DNA from: Podarcis cretensis
Lineage: Eukaryota
Length of the DNA: 64,000 nucleotides
Reading direction: 5' to 3'
Assembly (NCBI GenBank): GCA_951804945.1
Contig: OX638160.1
Location: 18,166,001 to 18,230,000 of the forward strand
Below, piece after piece: positions 28,739-44,104 of this stretch. The number at the start of each line of letters is the position of its first letter. Within the stretch, counting starts at the first letter, position 1. The notes under the pieces were generated by a model. The model searched no databases. It was not told the origin of the DNA and saw only the letters and a list, made by a program, of their open reading frames with translations. A program made the position numbers and the translations under genes.

Positions 28739-28821
28739 CTAGCACTTGATATGTGGAGGAGGTTAATGATTGAGCCTTTACAGGCTGTCCTCATTCGAAT
28801 GCTCCTCCGTGAAATCAAAAA
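28739..28821 (+). CDS. CUL2: Cullin-2 exon 6
   Basis: LALDMWRRLMIEPLQAVLIRMLLREIK(N); 83 nt. Confidence 0.97.
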
Positions 28822-31214
28822 GTGAGTTAATCCTTTTGTTGTTGTTGTTGTTAATGCAAGTTGCCTGCTTTATATATGCTTACTTACTGTACTTACCCGA
28901 GAATTGTAATTGCTTGATTTAAGAACGTCACTATTCACTTCTTACTGTTGTTTCTTTAGATCGTAACTGGGTTTTTATATGTTGGCAACATATTCAGGGA
29001 AAGCAGAATCTTTTTTGAGACGTGAAATTGGCTCTAAAAGCAGGTAGTGTGTCCTAGCAAATAGAGGATGTTATTGGAGCCCTAAAGCCAGTGTTCATTT
29101 CTGCTACTTGCTGTGAAACCTTGATCTTGATCTAGTGATTTTGCAGTCTGGCCTAGAACATTTGAATCTATTGAATTACCAAACAAATGTACTTTTAAGT
29201 TCCTTCGAATTAGGTGTTATGGAGTATTGTATAAATGTTTTTCTTAAAAAGAGGACTGACACTAGATCTAGAATTCTTTCTGAAATTCTGAATGTATTAC
29301 AGAACTGAGCAGCAGTACAAGCTTCAGCTACTTCTGTCAGTCAGCCTTGTTCCAGGGTAAGGCTCTGATTGCCAGCAATGTAAAATATTGCATATTCTAT
29401 AGCTTGTTAGCAAATGCATAGAAAAGCCAACCAAATCTAACCAACCAACCTTCTATATTTCACCATGCACTGAGGTTTCTTTGTGACCTCCTGTCCCAAA
29501 GCTGCTGTCAGGTGAAACAGAATTTGCCTTATGGCACCTTTACAGGAGTTGTGAAGAGCAGCCGCAATCCAAGGCACAATTAAGTGTGCTTCAGTCTGTT
29601 GATCTTGCAGGTCTTCCGCATGCTTAACTGTGCCCTAGGTTATATTTGGTATCATTTGCAAAAATTAATGCATAGGGATGAAGTGCCCTATAGCTCTAAG
29701 CAACAGTTTCGGGCAGATAACAGTTAAATCTAGCTTGAATGTGCTCTTTAAAGCTCACATATGGAAGTAGCTTCTCTGAGCATACGAACAGAGGATTCCC
29801 ATCTTCCTGGATGGGTGTTTCATAGAAACCAGTTCTTTTTGACAATTAAAAAAATAATTAAACTCCAGGGCCAAGTCATGACTCTTCTGTTAATTTTAAG
29901 AAGTGCAGGAGAGGAAAGAAAAAAATATACTCCCAATAGGAGTTTGCTCCATGGAGCCGCTGTGAAACCTGCAGTGACCCAGTGCTCAGCAACTGAGGCA
30001 GAATTGTAAAGTTAGCAGTCCTATGGCCACGATCCTGAGTACCACCAGATTTGTTCTGTGTGTACTGGCATTTGCATGATCAGTGTCTTCCACTAGGACA
30101 TATCTTGCCCTTTTTATCCTGAATTTTAACTTCCTTTTCTTTTCATGTAAAGCTGTTCTTGATTGCTTCTTACTGTCCTGATCTAATATCTATAGAAGCT
30201 GCTATAGTTTGTACGGAGGACTCTTCAGGTTGGCCTCTGCCTGCCCCTAATGTTTTTTTCTCCTACCTAGCCTCTTGAATATTGTGCGGGTTATCAGTTT
30301 CTGTTTTGCAGATGTAAGTGTTGGTGTTTTAGTGGCCAGAAGGTTTTGTGTGTTTCGGTTTGCAACTATTGAAGGCAGAGATGTAGAAACGATATCATGT
30401 TTAAAAGATTGCAATAGAACTTTTGCATATTGGGCAGCTGGCACATGTACTGTAGTAGTTTTATGTATTCACGTTCCCCCTTCATATACAGACAAGTGTC
30501 ATATCTGATGAAGAAAAAGTTCTGATGTTTACTTCTGTAGGTATCCTAGGCAGTTTGTGGTCATCTTAACTGACATGGTGAAAGGGGCAGGGTGAAATCT
30601 CTGGATAAGAACACCTGATACTTCTTTTAGTTAAGCTCAGCCACAGACATTTCTTCAGCTGTTAATGCTGCAATCCTAACCACATATAACTGGAAGTAAA
30701 CCCCACTGAAATCAACAGGGCCTGTTTCTGAGTAAGCATGGTTATGATTGTGCTGTAAGAAGTTTATATATGGTAATCTTCACATTCACAATCAGTTCCG
30801 GACTTCCAGATATGAGTAACTTCATAGAACTGGGAGTTGACAGCCTAGAGGCTTGGTTCAGTTTGAATTAGGGTTTCCTGAAGAACTGTCTGTAGATAGT
30901 TTTTTCCCCTTACATTTTTTATTATTCTTGATTTTGTTATTTATTATATTATTCTTCAACACACACAAAAGCCTCCCAGAATGGCATACAATTATCAGTG
31001 AGATGACAGTTCCTCAGATATACAATCTAAGAGGCATGACACAAAAAGAAAAGGGGAGTGGGAATGACTTGGATATCCTGGAGCAATTCCCTGTGCCAGA
31101 ACTTCATGTGACATAGGTTATATTTCATAAAATGTTAGAGTGGGGACAGACGCAAAGAGTCATCTAATGCAAGCCCCTGCAGTGCTGGAGTTTGATCCTA
31201 GGTAGTCACCAATT

Positions 31215-31571
31215 GGGACGCAGGTGGCGCTGTGGTCTAAACCATTGAGCCTAGGGCTTGCTGATCGGAAGGTCGGTGGTTTGAATCCCCGCGACTGGGT
31301 GAGCTCCAGTTCGGTCCCAGCTCCTGCCCACCTAGCAGTTCGAAAGCAAGTCAAAGTGCAAGTAGATAAATAGGTACCACTCCTGCGGGAAGGTAAATGG
31401 CCTTTCCGTATACTGCTCTGGTTTCGCCAGAAGCAGCTTAGTCATGCTGGCCACATGACCTGGAAGCTGTCTGCGGACAAACACCCGCTCCCTCGGCCTA
31501 TAGAGCAAGATGAGTGCACAACCCCAGAATCATCCGTGACTGGACCTAATGGTCAGGGGTACCTTTATCTT
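31215..31571 (+). mobile_element. Sauria SINE, second subfamily
   Basis: TSD TAGTCACCAATT (31203-31214, 31572-31583). Confidence 0.95.
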
Positions 31572-33726
31572 TAGTCACCAATTAGAATTGTGTTTTGGAC
31601 TTGGTTCTATGGTACTTAGCACCTCTATGTGACAGTGAGGCAGACATTGTCATGCAGGTTTGCGGCTTGAAATAACAGTGCATCTTACCAAGAGAAGAGG
31701 CAACCTGTCACGAGGAAGCACTCCATTTGGCTCTTGTTAAGCCTAGTTGTTCTATGGCTCTTTCTGTGACAGTCTCATGCTTGCGTGTACTGTAGTCAGG
31801 GAAAGATTAGCTCAGGCATAAGTGAGAGACCAAGGAACAAATCTGGAGAACAAAAGTTAAACCTAACTGATTATCTTCTTAGGTTATGATTCAGTTGGCC
31901 TCAAATTCACTCCTGGACTCCTGGATGGGGAGGAAGTGGCATGCTGGCAAGAGTTGTCCCCTTTAGCACAACACCTTGCAGGGTTCTAAATTGTGCAAGG
32001 AATTCTTGGAGGGCTCCAGGAGGGGCTGCAAAGACATGCAGTGTGATGTGCAGAAAGGCGTAGAGCTTGCTACCACACCCCTGCTATCTGTTGCATGATG
32101 ATAATGAGCATCATAGAATACAGCTTGTGTCAAAGTGTAGCTGAAATGGTTTATACATTTGCCTGCCTCAAATGAAGCTTTTTCTGTTTTAAACTACTAT
32201 AGGGAAGCCTAAAGCAAGTCCCTCTCAGATTTTAAGACACTTTGGGATTTGCCATTTGCTCGGGTTTAATTTTTGTCCTTTAGAAGCCCACCTTCTGCTT
32301 TTTTGCTGCCTGTTCAAGGAAGGTGGGAGGAAACCGAAGGTCTGCTACTTGTTGCTTCCAAGCCATTAGGTCAATTTTGTGTCTGTTTATTTTCACACTC
32401 TTCATTCTTGAGGGTACCAGTTTTGGTGGCAACACTGCTTTCAAGTTTTAATCTGCTTGGCATAAATAAGAATGTGAGGTCAGTGTAAGGTGTCAGCTAT
32501 TAAACATTGAAGCCATCCTTCCCCCCTCTTCCTGTTCGTAATATGTGGTGGAATGAAAACACATTTCTCGACACTCTTCCTGCTGTTGTGCACTTTTGCC
32601 TGCGTCATATAATGGTGTCAGAACTCCTTATCCTTAGCCTGCAATGTGGGATGTAGTTGGAATATTGTACAGTATACCTTGAACTTTCTTCTCTTTCTTG
32701 GTCTACCTTGCTCTCCTCCACTCTTCTCTCTCTCATGCTTTTGCCTCACCTTGAAAACATTTTAAAAGGAAAAAGTGGACTGCTGCTTGTTCAACCCACC
32801 ATAGATGAGCAAGCCAACCCAGGTGCAGGTCACCCTCACCTGTTTACCAGGTCTGAATGCTCATTGCCCTCTGGTGAGAAGGACTCTCAGAAGCCTCAAT
32901 TGCATTGTAGTTTGCATAATAAAAGAAACATTTCTCCTAATGTCCCCCCCCCCTTATCCAAATCTTGTGTACAAGTGAGGCAAGACTCTGCCTGCTACTG
33001 CTAGCAAGAAAGCCATGCTTTCTGGAAATCTTGAATAATGATAGTAAGGAGAAATTGAGGCTTCCCTTCTGTTCTCAGTAAGAAATAGCCCAGCTTCTGC
33101 CTCCCTGAGCTCTGGCCAAGAAATCCAAAGGTGATCAAGGAGCACTTTATAAATTTTAAAAATTAAAATTAGGTGCCAAGTTCCATTTCAAATGAAATAT
33201 GCTTGGGTAGTATTACAGAAATAGTATTCTAAGATAGTACTACATTTTTTGTGTGGTGGTATTAAACAAGCATACAGTTGTTAAATAATTTTAAGGTAAA
33301 CGCGCTAACAAAGATTACCTGTTTTTGGTTTCGGCTGTTTGTGTTGAGAGGTTTTAGTGCTGCAGAAGGGGTGGGAATGGGGAACGAGATCCAAAGACTT
33401 TGCCTGAGGACTGGGAGAGTACAAGCCTGCACTTTAAAATAGGTGTCGGTTTGCATTTCGCTTTTTCCACTAATGAAATGCAGTCAATGTGGTTCCCTCC
33501 AGATGCTGCAGTCCAGCCACTCCCATCAGCCCCAGCCAGGGAGCTTTGAGGTTGTAGCCCCATAACATGTGCAGAGCCCCACACTGGCTACCCCTGCATT
33601 ACATATGCACTCCCCAAAGGGTTTGTGAATTGAACAGCACAGACAGCAGACTGCTTGGTCCTTGAAAAGGCTACCAACAGCCAGGCCTATTTGTCTTTCT
33701 GGTTTTGAAGTCTGGTCCATGTGTAA

Positions 33727-33936
<210 letters not shown>

Positions 33937-33958
33937 TGATCACCCTCTCTCGTTTTAG

Positions 33959-34096
<138 letters not shown>

Positions 34097-35243
34097 TAGA
34101 TGCCAATTATTCAGTGTTCCTCAAGAGAAAATATACACCAGCTCATTGGTTTCTGTACATCAAAGGCAGGGCCATCTCAGGGAGTATGGGGTGACTGCCC
34201 TGGGCCCTGCACTTTAGGGGTTCTGCACCTCGTGCCAGTGACCATCGTTCACTGCCAGCGCTTTTGCCTCTTTCTCACCTGTGGGAGGCTTTGTACCATC
34301 TCCCTTCCTTGAAAAAGGCAGGCAGGGAGGAGGTGGGTCCCCCTTGGATATACTGGCACTGCCAGGAAAAGGAAAAATATAAGCCACCGTAGAGGTTGCC
34401 ACCATTAAAAGGCAGCAAAACAAATAAAATTAAGGCAAGTGGGAGGGGCTAGTATACTCTGCAAGTTATGTTCATAGGATCATGGAAAGAAAGCACTTTG
34501 CATTCTGTAAACTTTATCATATGGGGATCATTTGACCCCTGGATTGTCAGCTTCCATGGCAAATGAGAAATGTGGGTGAGCAACTGGTGTGGCAGTGGAA
34601 CTTGACCATTTTCAGCGATGAGGCTCAGCTTTCTTGCCCCCTAGCAAGGTGGAATGCTACCCTTGGGTTCTGGAGTTGTGGACTTTGGCCCGATTTATTA
34701 AGGTACTTAACATGCTCCTCATATCCAGCCACCTGCCACCAGGCAGCAGAGAAACCCAAAATAGGGCTTCTGATCTGAGTGCTAAAAGTTGTTTGGTAGG
34801 GTGAAGAGGATATCCATTTGCAATGGAGATATCTAGCAACTGATTGCTTTTTTATTTTTCTAAGTAGGTTCCATTCTTCAAATGCAGCTGACTTCTAATG
34901 CTGATTTATAAGAGAGAGATTCAGAAGGCCTATTTCCATTCAGAGATCTCATGCTATCCATATGGACAATCATACATAGCTGATGATAGTTGAGAGAACT
35001 TAAGAAGATTGCAATAAATTTGATTAGCATCCTAAAGAGTCAGGATAAGGTCCACTGTTCTTTCCGTTTCAAGAATATGAGCAATTGTGACAGAAGTTTG
35101 CAGTGTATTGGGGCATCTGTTCTGCCTAAATAGTTCCCTTGGTCATAATTTGTTTCTGTTACTTTAAACTTGAATGTTTGTTCTGTCCCTAAATAACCAT
35201 GCAGTGCTTCATTTTGTTCTCCCATCTCAAAAAATTCTTTTAG

Positions 35244-35426
<183 letters not shown>

Positions 35427-35849
35427 TAAGTTTGAATTCAAAATATAATATACCTTCTAAATATTTTTAATTGAATTTATAGTCACCTATGTTGTTTTCT
35501 AGTATAAATAAGCATAGTGATCCAGGAAGGGACACTCTCGAGTGTCTCGATAGGGGGGGAACCCTTTTGGCTCCACAGAGTAGATCCTTGTCAGCATCAG
35601 CCTCATGGATCAGAATTGACAAGTGGGCAGCCTACCTACCTTCTTATCACATGATGTCATTATGATGTGACATGATTAACAAGAAGGTTTTCCTGCCCAC
35701 CAGAATCTCTTGCGGGGCTTCCAAGCACCCATTGCCGCTGAGGGAAACCTGACAAAGAAGGCTGCAATGCTATCAGTGTTTCCCACTTCTGAGAGAAGGG
35801 GAAACTATGGACCTACACTTCGTTCAAGGGCTATGGTGGTGTTGTGAAG

Positions 35850-38800
35850 GAAGCATCTCCTCAGTGCTGCTCAGTCAACATCTGTCTGGGGAGCAAACCT
35901 GCATTTGTCCATGCCTATAGGTCCTTCATGCACCCATTGCAGCATCTCTTCCTTTACAGCTAGGAACCACCAGTATAGTGCCTTTGAACAAAACTCCATC
36001 CAGCACATACAAGTCCCCTGCAAAACAGTTCTCAGGACTTCATGTGTTTTCCACATCCATCGGAATTGATTACTTGTATTATTTGTTTCAAAATAATATC
36101 CTGAGCTTGTGGCCCTTGTAGTTATGGACCACAACTGGTTAGAGACCAGATTTTCTTGTACTACTCCAGAATCTGAATTTGCCTCAGTCTTAGTCCCATC
36201 ATAAGCTCTGGGCAAAGTGTCTTCAGTTACTAAGCATTTACCAGAGCTATATTCCGGTTGCAAATCATCTGATTGTACTTCAGAAAACAGTCTGTCCAAC
36301 CTGGAAGATGTATCTGCTAAACTCAGTGTTACTTTTCCCCTAGGTGGGTTATTTCCTTAACTCTAAAGATCTTCATTTTTGTCTATTTCAAGCCAGCTTT
36401 ACAAGCTCTTTCCAGAGCCTTCTGTAGTCTCTGGTTATGTTCATCTAATGTTCTCCTCCATATCAGAACAGCATTGATATAAACTTTAGTACCTTCAGGC
36501 CCTTCAAAGATTTGTTGTATCTTTCTATGAAAGAGTTCAGAGGTGGAACAAATTCCAAAAGGCAATCTAGTAAAGCAATACCTACAAAAAGGAGTATTGA
36601 AAACATACAGTCATTTACTATTTTGTTCTAGGGTCACTTTCCAGAATCCAGAAGATTCATTCAAATATGAAATAAATGTTGCATTTGCCATTTAACCAAA
36701 TATTTCCTCTCTAGTAGTAATTGGAAAATGTTCTCGCAACTTATTTGTTCAGTTCTTTAAGATCCAGACACAGCCGTAGGGATCCATCTTTTTTTGTAAC
36801 TATGACTAGAGAATGAACCCCTTCTTTGGGTTCTTCAACTTCCTCTATAATGTAAAGTTTAATGAGTCTATCTAGTTTCTCTTTTATCTCTAAGAGCCAG
36901 CCGGACATTCCTGGGTGCATGTATAACTTGAAAATAGGGTTCAAACAGTTTATTTTATAATCTGCTGAGAGCTTACCAATGCCAATAAAGACACATGATC
37001 TTCGGTGTTCATGTGACCCTGTCCTTCTGCACTGTACAACTTCCTAATAAAATCTATAATCTGACATGTTTTTCAGTCCCCATATAGGCATCCCATTTCC
37101 AGCAGCAACAACTCCAGATTATAACTTTACCATTTTGTTGCTTACTTGAACATTCATTTTCCAAACTCCCCTAGTTCAAATAAGCTTTCCACTTTTAAGT
37201 TGGAGCTGTTTGCATGCTCTATGGCTTGGCTTTCTCTCCCAAGTCTTTCACAGTAGCCTCAGATACAGATACATTTACTTGAGCTCCAGTATCCAATTTG
37301 TAAGTAACAAAAGTCCCATTTGTATTCAGAGTCCAGTCCAGTAACTGAATCCTGATGCCTCTGGAAGACTTCCCAAATAAAAGTTTTCTCCTGTGCTGGT
37401 GCTGTAATCTGAGCCCAGTCTGTGCTTGCTTTCAAACCTTTGCAAAGTGAAGTTGTTCTTTGCAAAAGTTGCAGGTCTTTCCAAATCCAGGACATTGGCT
37501 GGGTCTATGTCTGCTCCTATAGTGTGAACACTCAGTTATGCAGGAATTGCCAGAAAGAGGCGCCATCCAACAACCTTAGGGACCACTCTGGGTTTGTGTT
37601 GGGTTTACTCCTTGGCCTTTTCCTCTCCTGATGATGTCCCACAAGGCAGTGGGATGCGGATTATTCCTCAGGATTTACTCCCGAAGCCTTTCTCATGATT
37701 GAGTATAGCCACAAGGCAGCCAAGGTTTAAGATTAGAGTTTTCTTTCTCCTAGATGGGCTACCTTTCCAGGTTGATGAGCCCCATCTGTCCCTCACTTCC
37801 CTCTACAGCACTTGCAGAAACCAGATTCTTGACCTTGGTCTTGTCTATTCTGTGTGGCAGATTGACTGGACAAGTCCCTAATTTACCAAGGGTTTAAGAC
37901 CCATTGGCTACCCTCCCCTGGTTTAGCTGGCCAGTCGTAGCCATTCCTGGGGTGTGGATACAGTTGCATGCAAACACTTCTAGGAACCACAGGTGAGAGC
38001 TGAGTCCAGGGTGGGGACCAAAGGTGGACAAACTACCCCAGAAACAGCACGACGGGTCTCCCAGCAGATGTACTCCCCCTCCCCCAACACCCCATATACC
38101 CCTTCAAAATTACATTTCTTGCTTTACAATCTAAGATGTGTAATGAGGAATTCAAATGTTTCCCCATCCTTTTGTACTCTCCTATGAAACTGGTATCTCT
38201 CGAAGTTTTCATTTGTCTGCAATATGGTCTCATAATTAGCTAGTTCTTCACTCAGTTGCAAATTGAGTGAATAAAGCTAATACCTCTCACCTATCAATGC
38301 CTTCTGCTCTCTGTCTTTCTCTGTAGCTCCACTTGCTTTCATAAAGAGGTCAAAATCTTGCCTGAATCTTTTCCAGCAGTCTGCTGAATTCCTGGAGCAA
38401 GCAAGAGGTTCTGGAGTTACTAGATGCTCCATCTTTTTTGCTTAATTAAAAAAATCTCCCTCTCTCCCTGGTCTTTTGTATCTTTTCCACCTTCTTTGTT
38501 ACTCTGTGCAGTCAGTCCGGCCTGCGCCCAACCATTTCTGGTGCCATGTGTTATTCTTTGATTAATAACTTTCAGAATCCAGGATGTCCATAAACATAAT
38601 ATAAACTTTATTAACTACTTACAAAATGAGGAGTCTCTGTTAAGGGAAGCTATAGCTTCTCTATTGCTGCATCATTCTATCCAGAGGCCCCTTCCAGTCT
38701 CACCTGACTTGCTTAAGCACAACCCACTTAAAGGGATAGTGTCCTCACAATAAGCTTCCTTATCGCAAGTAAACTCAATAACACAGGGTTGTAACCTACC

Positions 38801-38898
38801 GAGGTCTACTGTGAGTATGACTAGCACTGGAAGGAATCCACATATACTTGATGATTCAGTATCACAACTCAGCAATCTGTTCCAGGGCAATTCTGACA
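35850..38898 (-). mobile_element. Decayed Ty3/Gypsy LTR retrotransposon (5' LTR, PBS, gag, protease, RT remnants)
   Basis: Putative LTR TG...CA at 38549-38898; PBS-like TGGCACCAGAAATGG; gag start MEHLVTPEPL; knuckle CPGFGKTCNFC; protease YKLDTGAQVN; RT VTKKDGSLRLCLDLKELNK and LPFGI...VYINAV (YIDD decayed); many stops and frameshifts. Confidence 0.9.
37600..38100 (-). mobile_element. Insertion within the Gypsy gag, resembling an RTE-type LINE 5' region
   Basis: Interrupts gag similarity; GATTTACTCCCGAAGCC...TTCTCCTAGATGG motif recalled from RTE elements; boundaries approximate. Confidence 0.45.
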
Positions 38899-39460
38899 TT
38901 TTGTCTATAGCATCATCTCACACACCGTAACAAGGTTTCATAGTATTTTCTAGCAGGAACATTGGTAACAATATATTTACACATTACTTTAAAGCAATTC
39001 TGTAAGCAAGTGCTCTTTCTGATACATAACATCCATACAGAATACAATTTCTGACTACATCAAAGGTTTAGAAATACACCTTGAAGCTAGAAGAATGTTG
39101 TGCTGTGATTGCCCATGTTAGGAAGCAGAGGTGGTGAGCCTGTGACTCTCTTGATGTTGTTAGACTACAATTCCATCATCTCTGAGCATTGGCCATGCAG
39201 GCTGGGCCTGATGGGAGTTGGAGTCCAACGATGTCCGGAGGACCACAGGTTCTTCACTGGTGCTGTTTTGAATGACTTACGATAGCTTAACCAGTGCTTG
39301 TTCAGGTGGTGGTGGTCTAGGATATGTAATGATAATGGGGGGGGGTGTTCCTAATTTTTGTAAACTGCTCTGAGAGCCTTTCTGCTTTAATTTCAGTTAA
39401 TTTTCATATTAATTACAGCAGGCATCATATTAATTACAGCAGGGGAATCTATTAGGATAA

Positions 39461-39895
<435 letters not shown>

Positions 39896-40561
39896 TAAAT
39901 CTGTGTGCTTTCTTTTCTGCCATTTTTGTTTTTTCACAAGAGCTAGTGGTTTAGCATACAGTGGAATAGAAACTATTATTATAGCCATGGCATTCCTTTA
40001 TTGCTGCACATGTAATCAGTGTAAGAAAGTCTACTGTGTTTCTGACCCTGCCAAAAATGATTACATGGTAGTAGTGCTCCTCACTATTTTTTCTAACACA
40101 GCGTGAAATCTGACATTTCTTAATATGCTCATGTGTCCTTTAGTATTCACACACCCAGGGAACCAATAGGATGGGACTAGCTTAAAGTAAATGCATTTAT
40201 AGCTGCAGTTTGCTGCCAATCTTTCAAGAAGAGAGCTGCAATCACTACATTTCTGTATGAGACATGTAACTGTACTTATTGCTAGCATAAACCAATGCAA
40301 TGTGTGAATTCTGTGATGCACAGTTGTGTAAATTGAGTACAGCAAATATTCCCTGGAGGTTGTATTATTCTGTTATATTTTCACACCTTAGTAGCTGGGA
40401 ATAAGCCACATCAAATCCAGTAGGACTTACTTCTGAGTAGACATTATAAGGCCTGTGCTGCACTTTACATTTTCTCTCTGGCATAATTCCCAACACCTTT
40501 TGGCCAAGCAAAGTGCCTGTTTGTAATATTACTCTGTTGCATTTGGAAAAAATACCTGTGA

Positions 40562-40732
<171 letters not shown>

Positions 40733-40952
40733 TGATGAGGAATCCTACCTGTTGCATTGAATAGTGAGATTGAATATCAGTCGTGAATATGGCTTGATGT
40801 ATCATAAATTGGTGGGAATGATTTCACCTGGCATAAAGTAATTGGAACAGGATGGTGATCTAATGTTTTCAAGACAATTTGGAAGCAAAATCAAATAAAT
40901 AAGCACAGGTTTCTTTAAACATATAAGGTTTTGGTACATGGATGTATAAAAC

Positions 40953-41115
40953 CAGGTAGTGGAAACCTTTGGTCCTCCAGATGTTGTTGGACTACAAGTC
41001 CCATCAACTCTGTTGTTGGACTACAGGTCCCATCACCTCTGCCCACTGACCATTACTAGGGCTGATGGCAGTTGTAGTTCAGTAAGATCAGAAGGGCCAT
41101 AGGTTTCCCACACCT
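40953..41115. mobile_element. Short hAT-like MITE family (GGACTACAANTCCCATCA core)
   Basis: Imperfect palindrome with internal duplication; relatives at ~10810-10930, 28480-28560, 33490-33600, 39128-39260, 43073-43180, 44418-44530, 46530-46670, 55020-55150 and 57765-57875. Confidence 0.65.
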
Positions 41116-41441
41116 GTGCTAAACTAATCTCCCACACTGTGTTAGATGGATAAAAGAGGTAACCATTGACATGTGCTACAGGATCTAATGTCAACAAACC
41201 ATTCATGGATTGTGTTTACTGGGAAACTCACAAGCATAATCCATGGTCCTGAATTACACGTGCTCATTGGCTTTTCATAGTCATCTAGAGTGGTCTGTGC
41301 ATAAGTTTCTATCCCAATAAATGAGCAGTTATAGAAAATGTGCACAAGTTTGGAATTGGAGGCATAGGTTAATGGCCTATACAGTACCATTGTGGTTTTT
41401 TTAGTCATTCAGTTATGAGAAGTATACTCCTTTTGGTAATA

Positions 41442-41801
41442 GGTAAAGGTAAAGGTACCCATGCCCGTACGGGCCAGTCGTGTCCGACTCTGGGGTTGCG
41501 CGCCCATCTCGCTTAAGAGGCCGGGGGCCAGCGCTGTCCGAAGACACTTCCGGGTCACGTGGCCAGCGTGACAAGCTGCATCTGGCAAGCCAGCGCAGCA
41601 CACGGAAACGCCATTTACCTTCCCACTAGTAAGCGGTTCCTATTTATCTACTTGCACCTGGGGGTGCTTTCGAACTGCTAGGTTGGCAGGCGCTGGGACC
41701 GAGCAACGGGAGTGCACCCCGCCGCGGGGATTTGAACCGCCGACCTGACGATCGGCGAGTCCTAGGCGCTGAGGTTTTACCCACAGCGCCACCCGCGTCC
41801 C
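41442..41801 (-). mobile_element. Sauria SINE
   Basis: TSD CCTTTTGGTAATA (41429-41441, 41804-41816). Confidence 0.95.
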
Positions 41802-42597
41802 TCCCTTTTGGTAATACAGTGTTTTAAATACTTTCATTCCTCGCTTGCAGTTACACTTAATTATCATATGATGGCGTCACATTTTTTAAAAATCCTGCGT
41901 ATTATCACAAAATACCTGTAAGTTCATTGCACATTGGAAGGAGACTAACTCCTTTCTAACCTACTTGTATTAGGTTTGTATCCAGTACTAGTCCTACTCA
42001 GAGTAGACCTGTTGAAGTTAGTGGGCATGGCTTAGTTTCATTTACTTCATTGGGTCTCTTCTGAACCTGTCTAGCACTGAATATAACCCACAATTTCTAA
42101 AATCTTGGAAATCTAGTTTTTGGTGTTCCTAAAACACATATCCTTTGCAGACATTGAATGCAGTCCTTAATAACAGACACCCATATTCATGTCTCCCAGC
42201 ATGCTTTGCATCTAGCAGGTACCCTATTCCCCAATATTGTCCTGAGACTTAAAAGCAGTTACTTGAATGTTTCAGTCTTGAGTTAGTGGGAAGGGCTTGA
42301 CTTTTCACCCTTACGTTTTACACTAGGTTTACCCAGTGGCCAGAGCAGGGGTTTTTTTGTGTTTGTTGTTTTTGTGTGTATACCTGATAGACACTTTTGT
42401 ACCTTACAGCACACTGCTAGCACCCAATAAATGTTTAGTAATTGAAAACAGTTGTGAAGAGCTTGATTTTGCCAGGATCTTGTTGAAGAAGCATGATAGA
42501 GCCTATATGCATTAGTTGGGGACCCACTTGGAATTGGCTCTGAGATTATGTATGACCATGTGTGTGGGGCTGATATATTTCTTGTATTCCTAAATAG

Positions 42598-42699
<102 letters not shown>

Positions 42700-42808
42700 T
42701 AACTTTATTCAGGTAACATCCTGTGGTTTTTCAAAGGCTTTTCCAGACCAGTTCATCTAAGCACTGAGATGCCCTGTTGAGGCAAAATGGTCCTTGCTTT
42801 GTCTTAAC

Positions 42809-43058
42809 CAGGGGTAGGCAACCTAAGGCCCGTGGGCCAAATGCGGCCCAGTCGCCTTCTGAATCTGGCCTGGGACAGTCCGGAAAACAGTGTGTTTTTA
42901 CATGAGTAGAATGTGTGCTTTTATTTAAAATGCATCTCTGGGTTATTTGTGGGGCATAGGAATCTGTTCATATATTTTTTTCAAAATATAGTCCGGCCCA
43001 CCACATGGTCTGAGGGACGGTGGACCGGCCCACGGCTGGAAAAGGTTGCTGACCCCTG
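42809..43058. mobile_element. hAT-Charlie-like MITE
   Basis: TIR CAGGGGTAGGCAACCT / AGGTTGCTGACCCCTG; perfect 8-bp TSD GTCTTAAC (42801-42808, 43059-43066). Confidence 0.9.
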
Positions 43059-43326
43059 GTCTTAACGTACAACCATGGTGGGACACCTGTGTGCCCTCCA
43101 GGATGCCAGCTCCCATCAGCCCTAGCCAGCATGGCTGGTGGTAAACCAGTATCATCTAGAAGACTGCAGGTTGCCCATCCTTAATTTACAAGCCTGTTTT
43201 TAACAATAACTGAAAGTTTATGTGAAGCTCTTTGGACACTTGATCTGTGCATTCTTAAAAATACTCGCAGTGGCACGTACCTTTTCCAAAAGAAGACACA
43301 ACTATGCTGCCTTAACTACATTGTTA

Positions 43327-43685
43327 AAAAGGTAAAGGTACCCCTGCCCGTACGGGCCAGTCTTGACAGACTCTGGGGTTGTGCGCCCATCTCACTCAAG
43401 AGGCCAGGGGCCAGCGCTGTCCGGAGACACTTCCGGGTCACGTGGCCAACGTGACATCGCTGCTCTGGCAAGCCAGAGCCGCACACGGAAACGCCGTTTA
43501 CCTTCCCGCTGGTAAGCGGTCCCTATTTATCTACTTGCACCCGGAGGTGCTTTCGAACTGCTAGGTTGGCAGGCGCTGGGACCGAGCAGCGGGAGCGCAC
43601 CCCGCCGCAGGGATTCGAACCGCCGACCTTTCGATCGGCAAGTCCTAGGCGCTGAGGCTTTAACCCACAGCGCCACCTGCGTCCC
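43327..43685 (-). mobile_element. Sauria SINE, young subfamily
   Basis: TSD AACTACATTGTTA (43314-43326, 43687-43699); about 4 substitutions versus the 3520-3882 copy. Confidence 0.95.
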
Positions 43686-43726
43686 AAACTACATTGTTAG
43701 ACCCACCTTAATACTATTCTGCTTGA

Positions 43727-43906
<180 letters not shown>

Positions 43907-43909
43907 TAA

Positions 43910-44104
<195 letters not shown>

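Noticed and set aside
35871-37495. Gypsy ORFs as a domesticated gene
   Set aside because: Multiple stops and frameshifts; RT catalytic YxDD decayed to YINA
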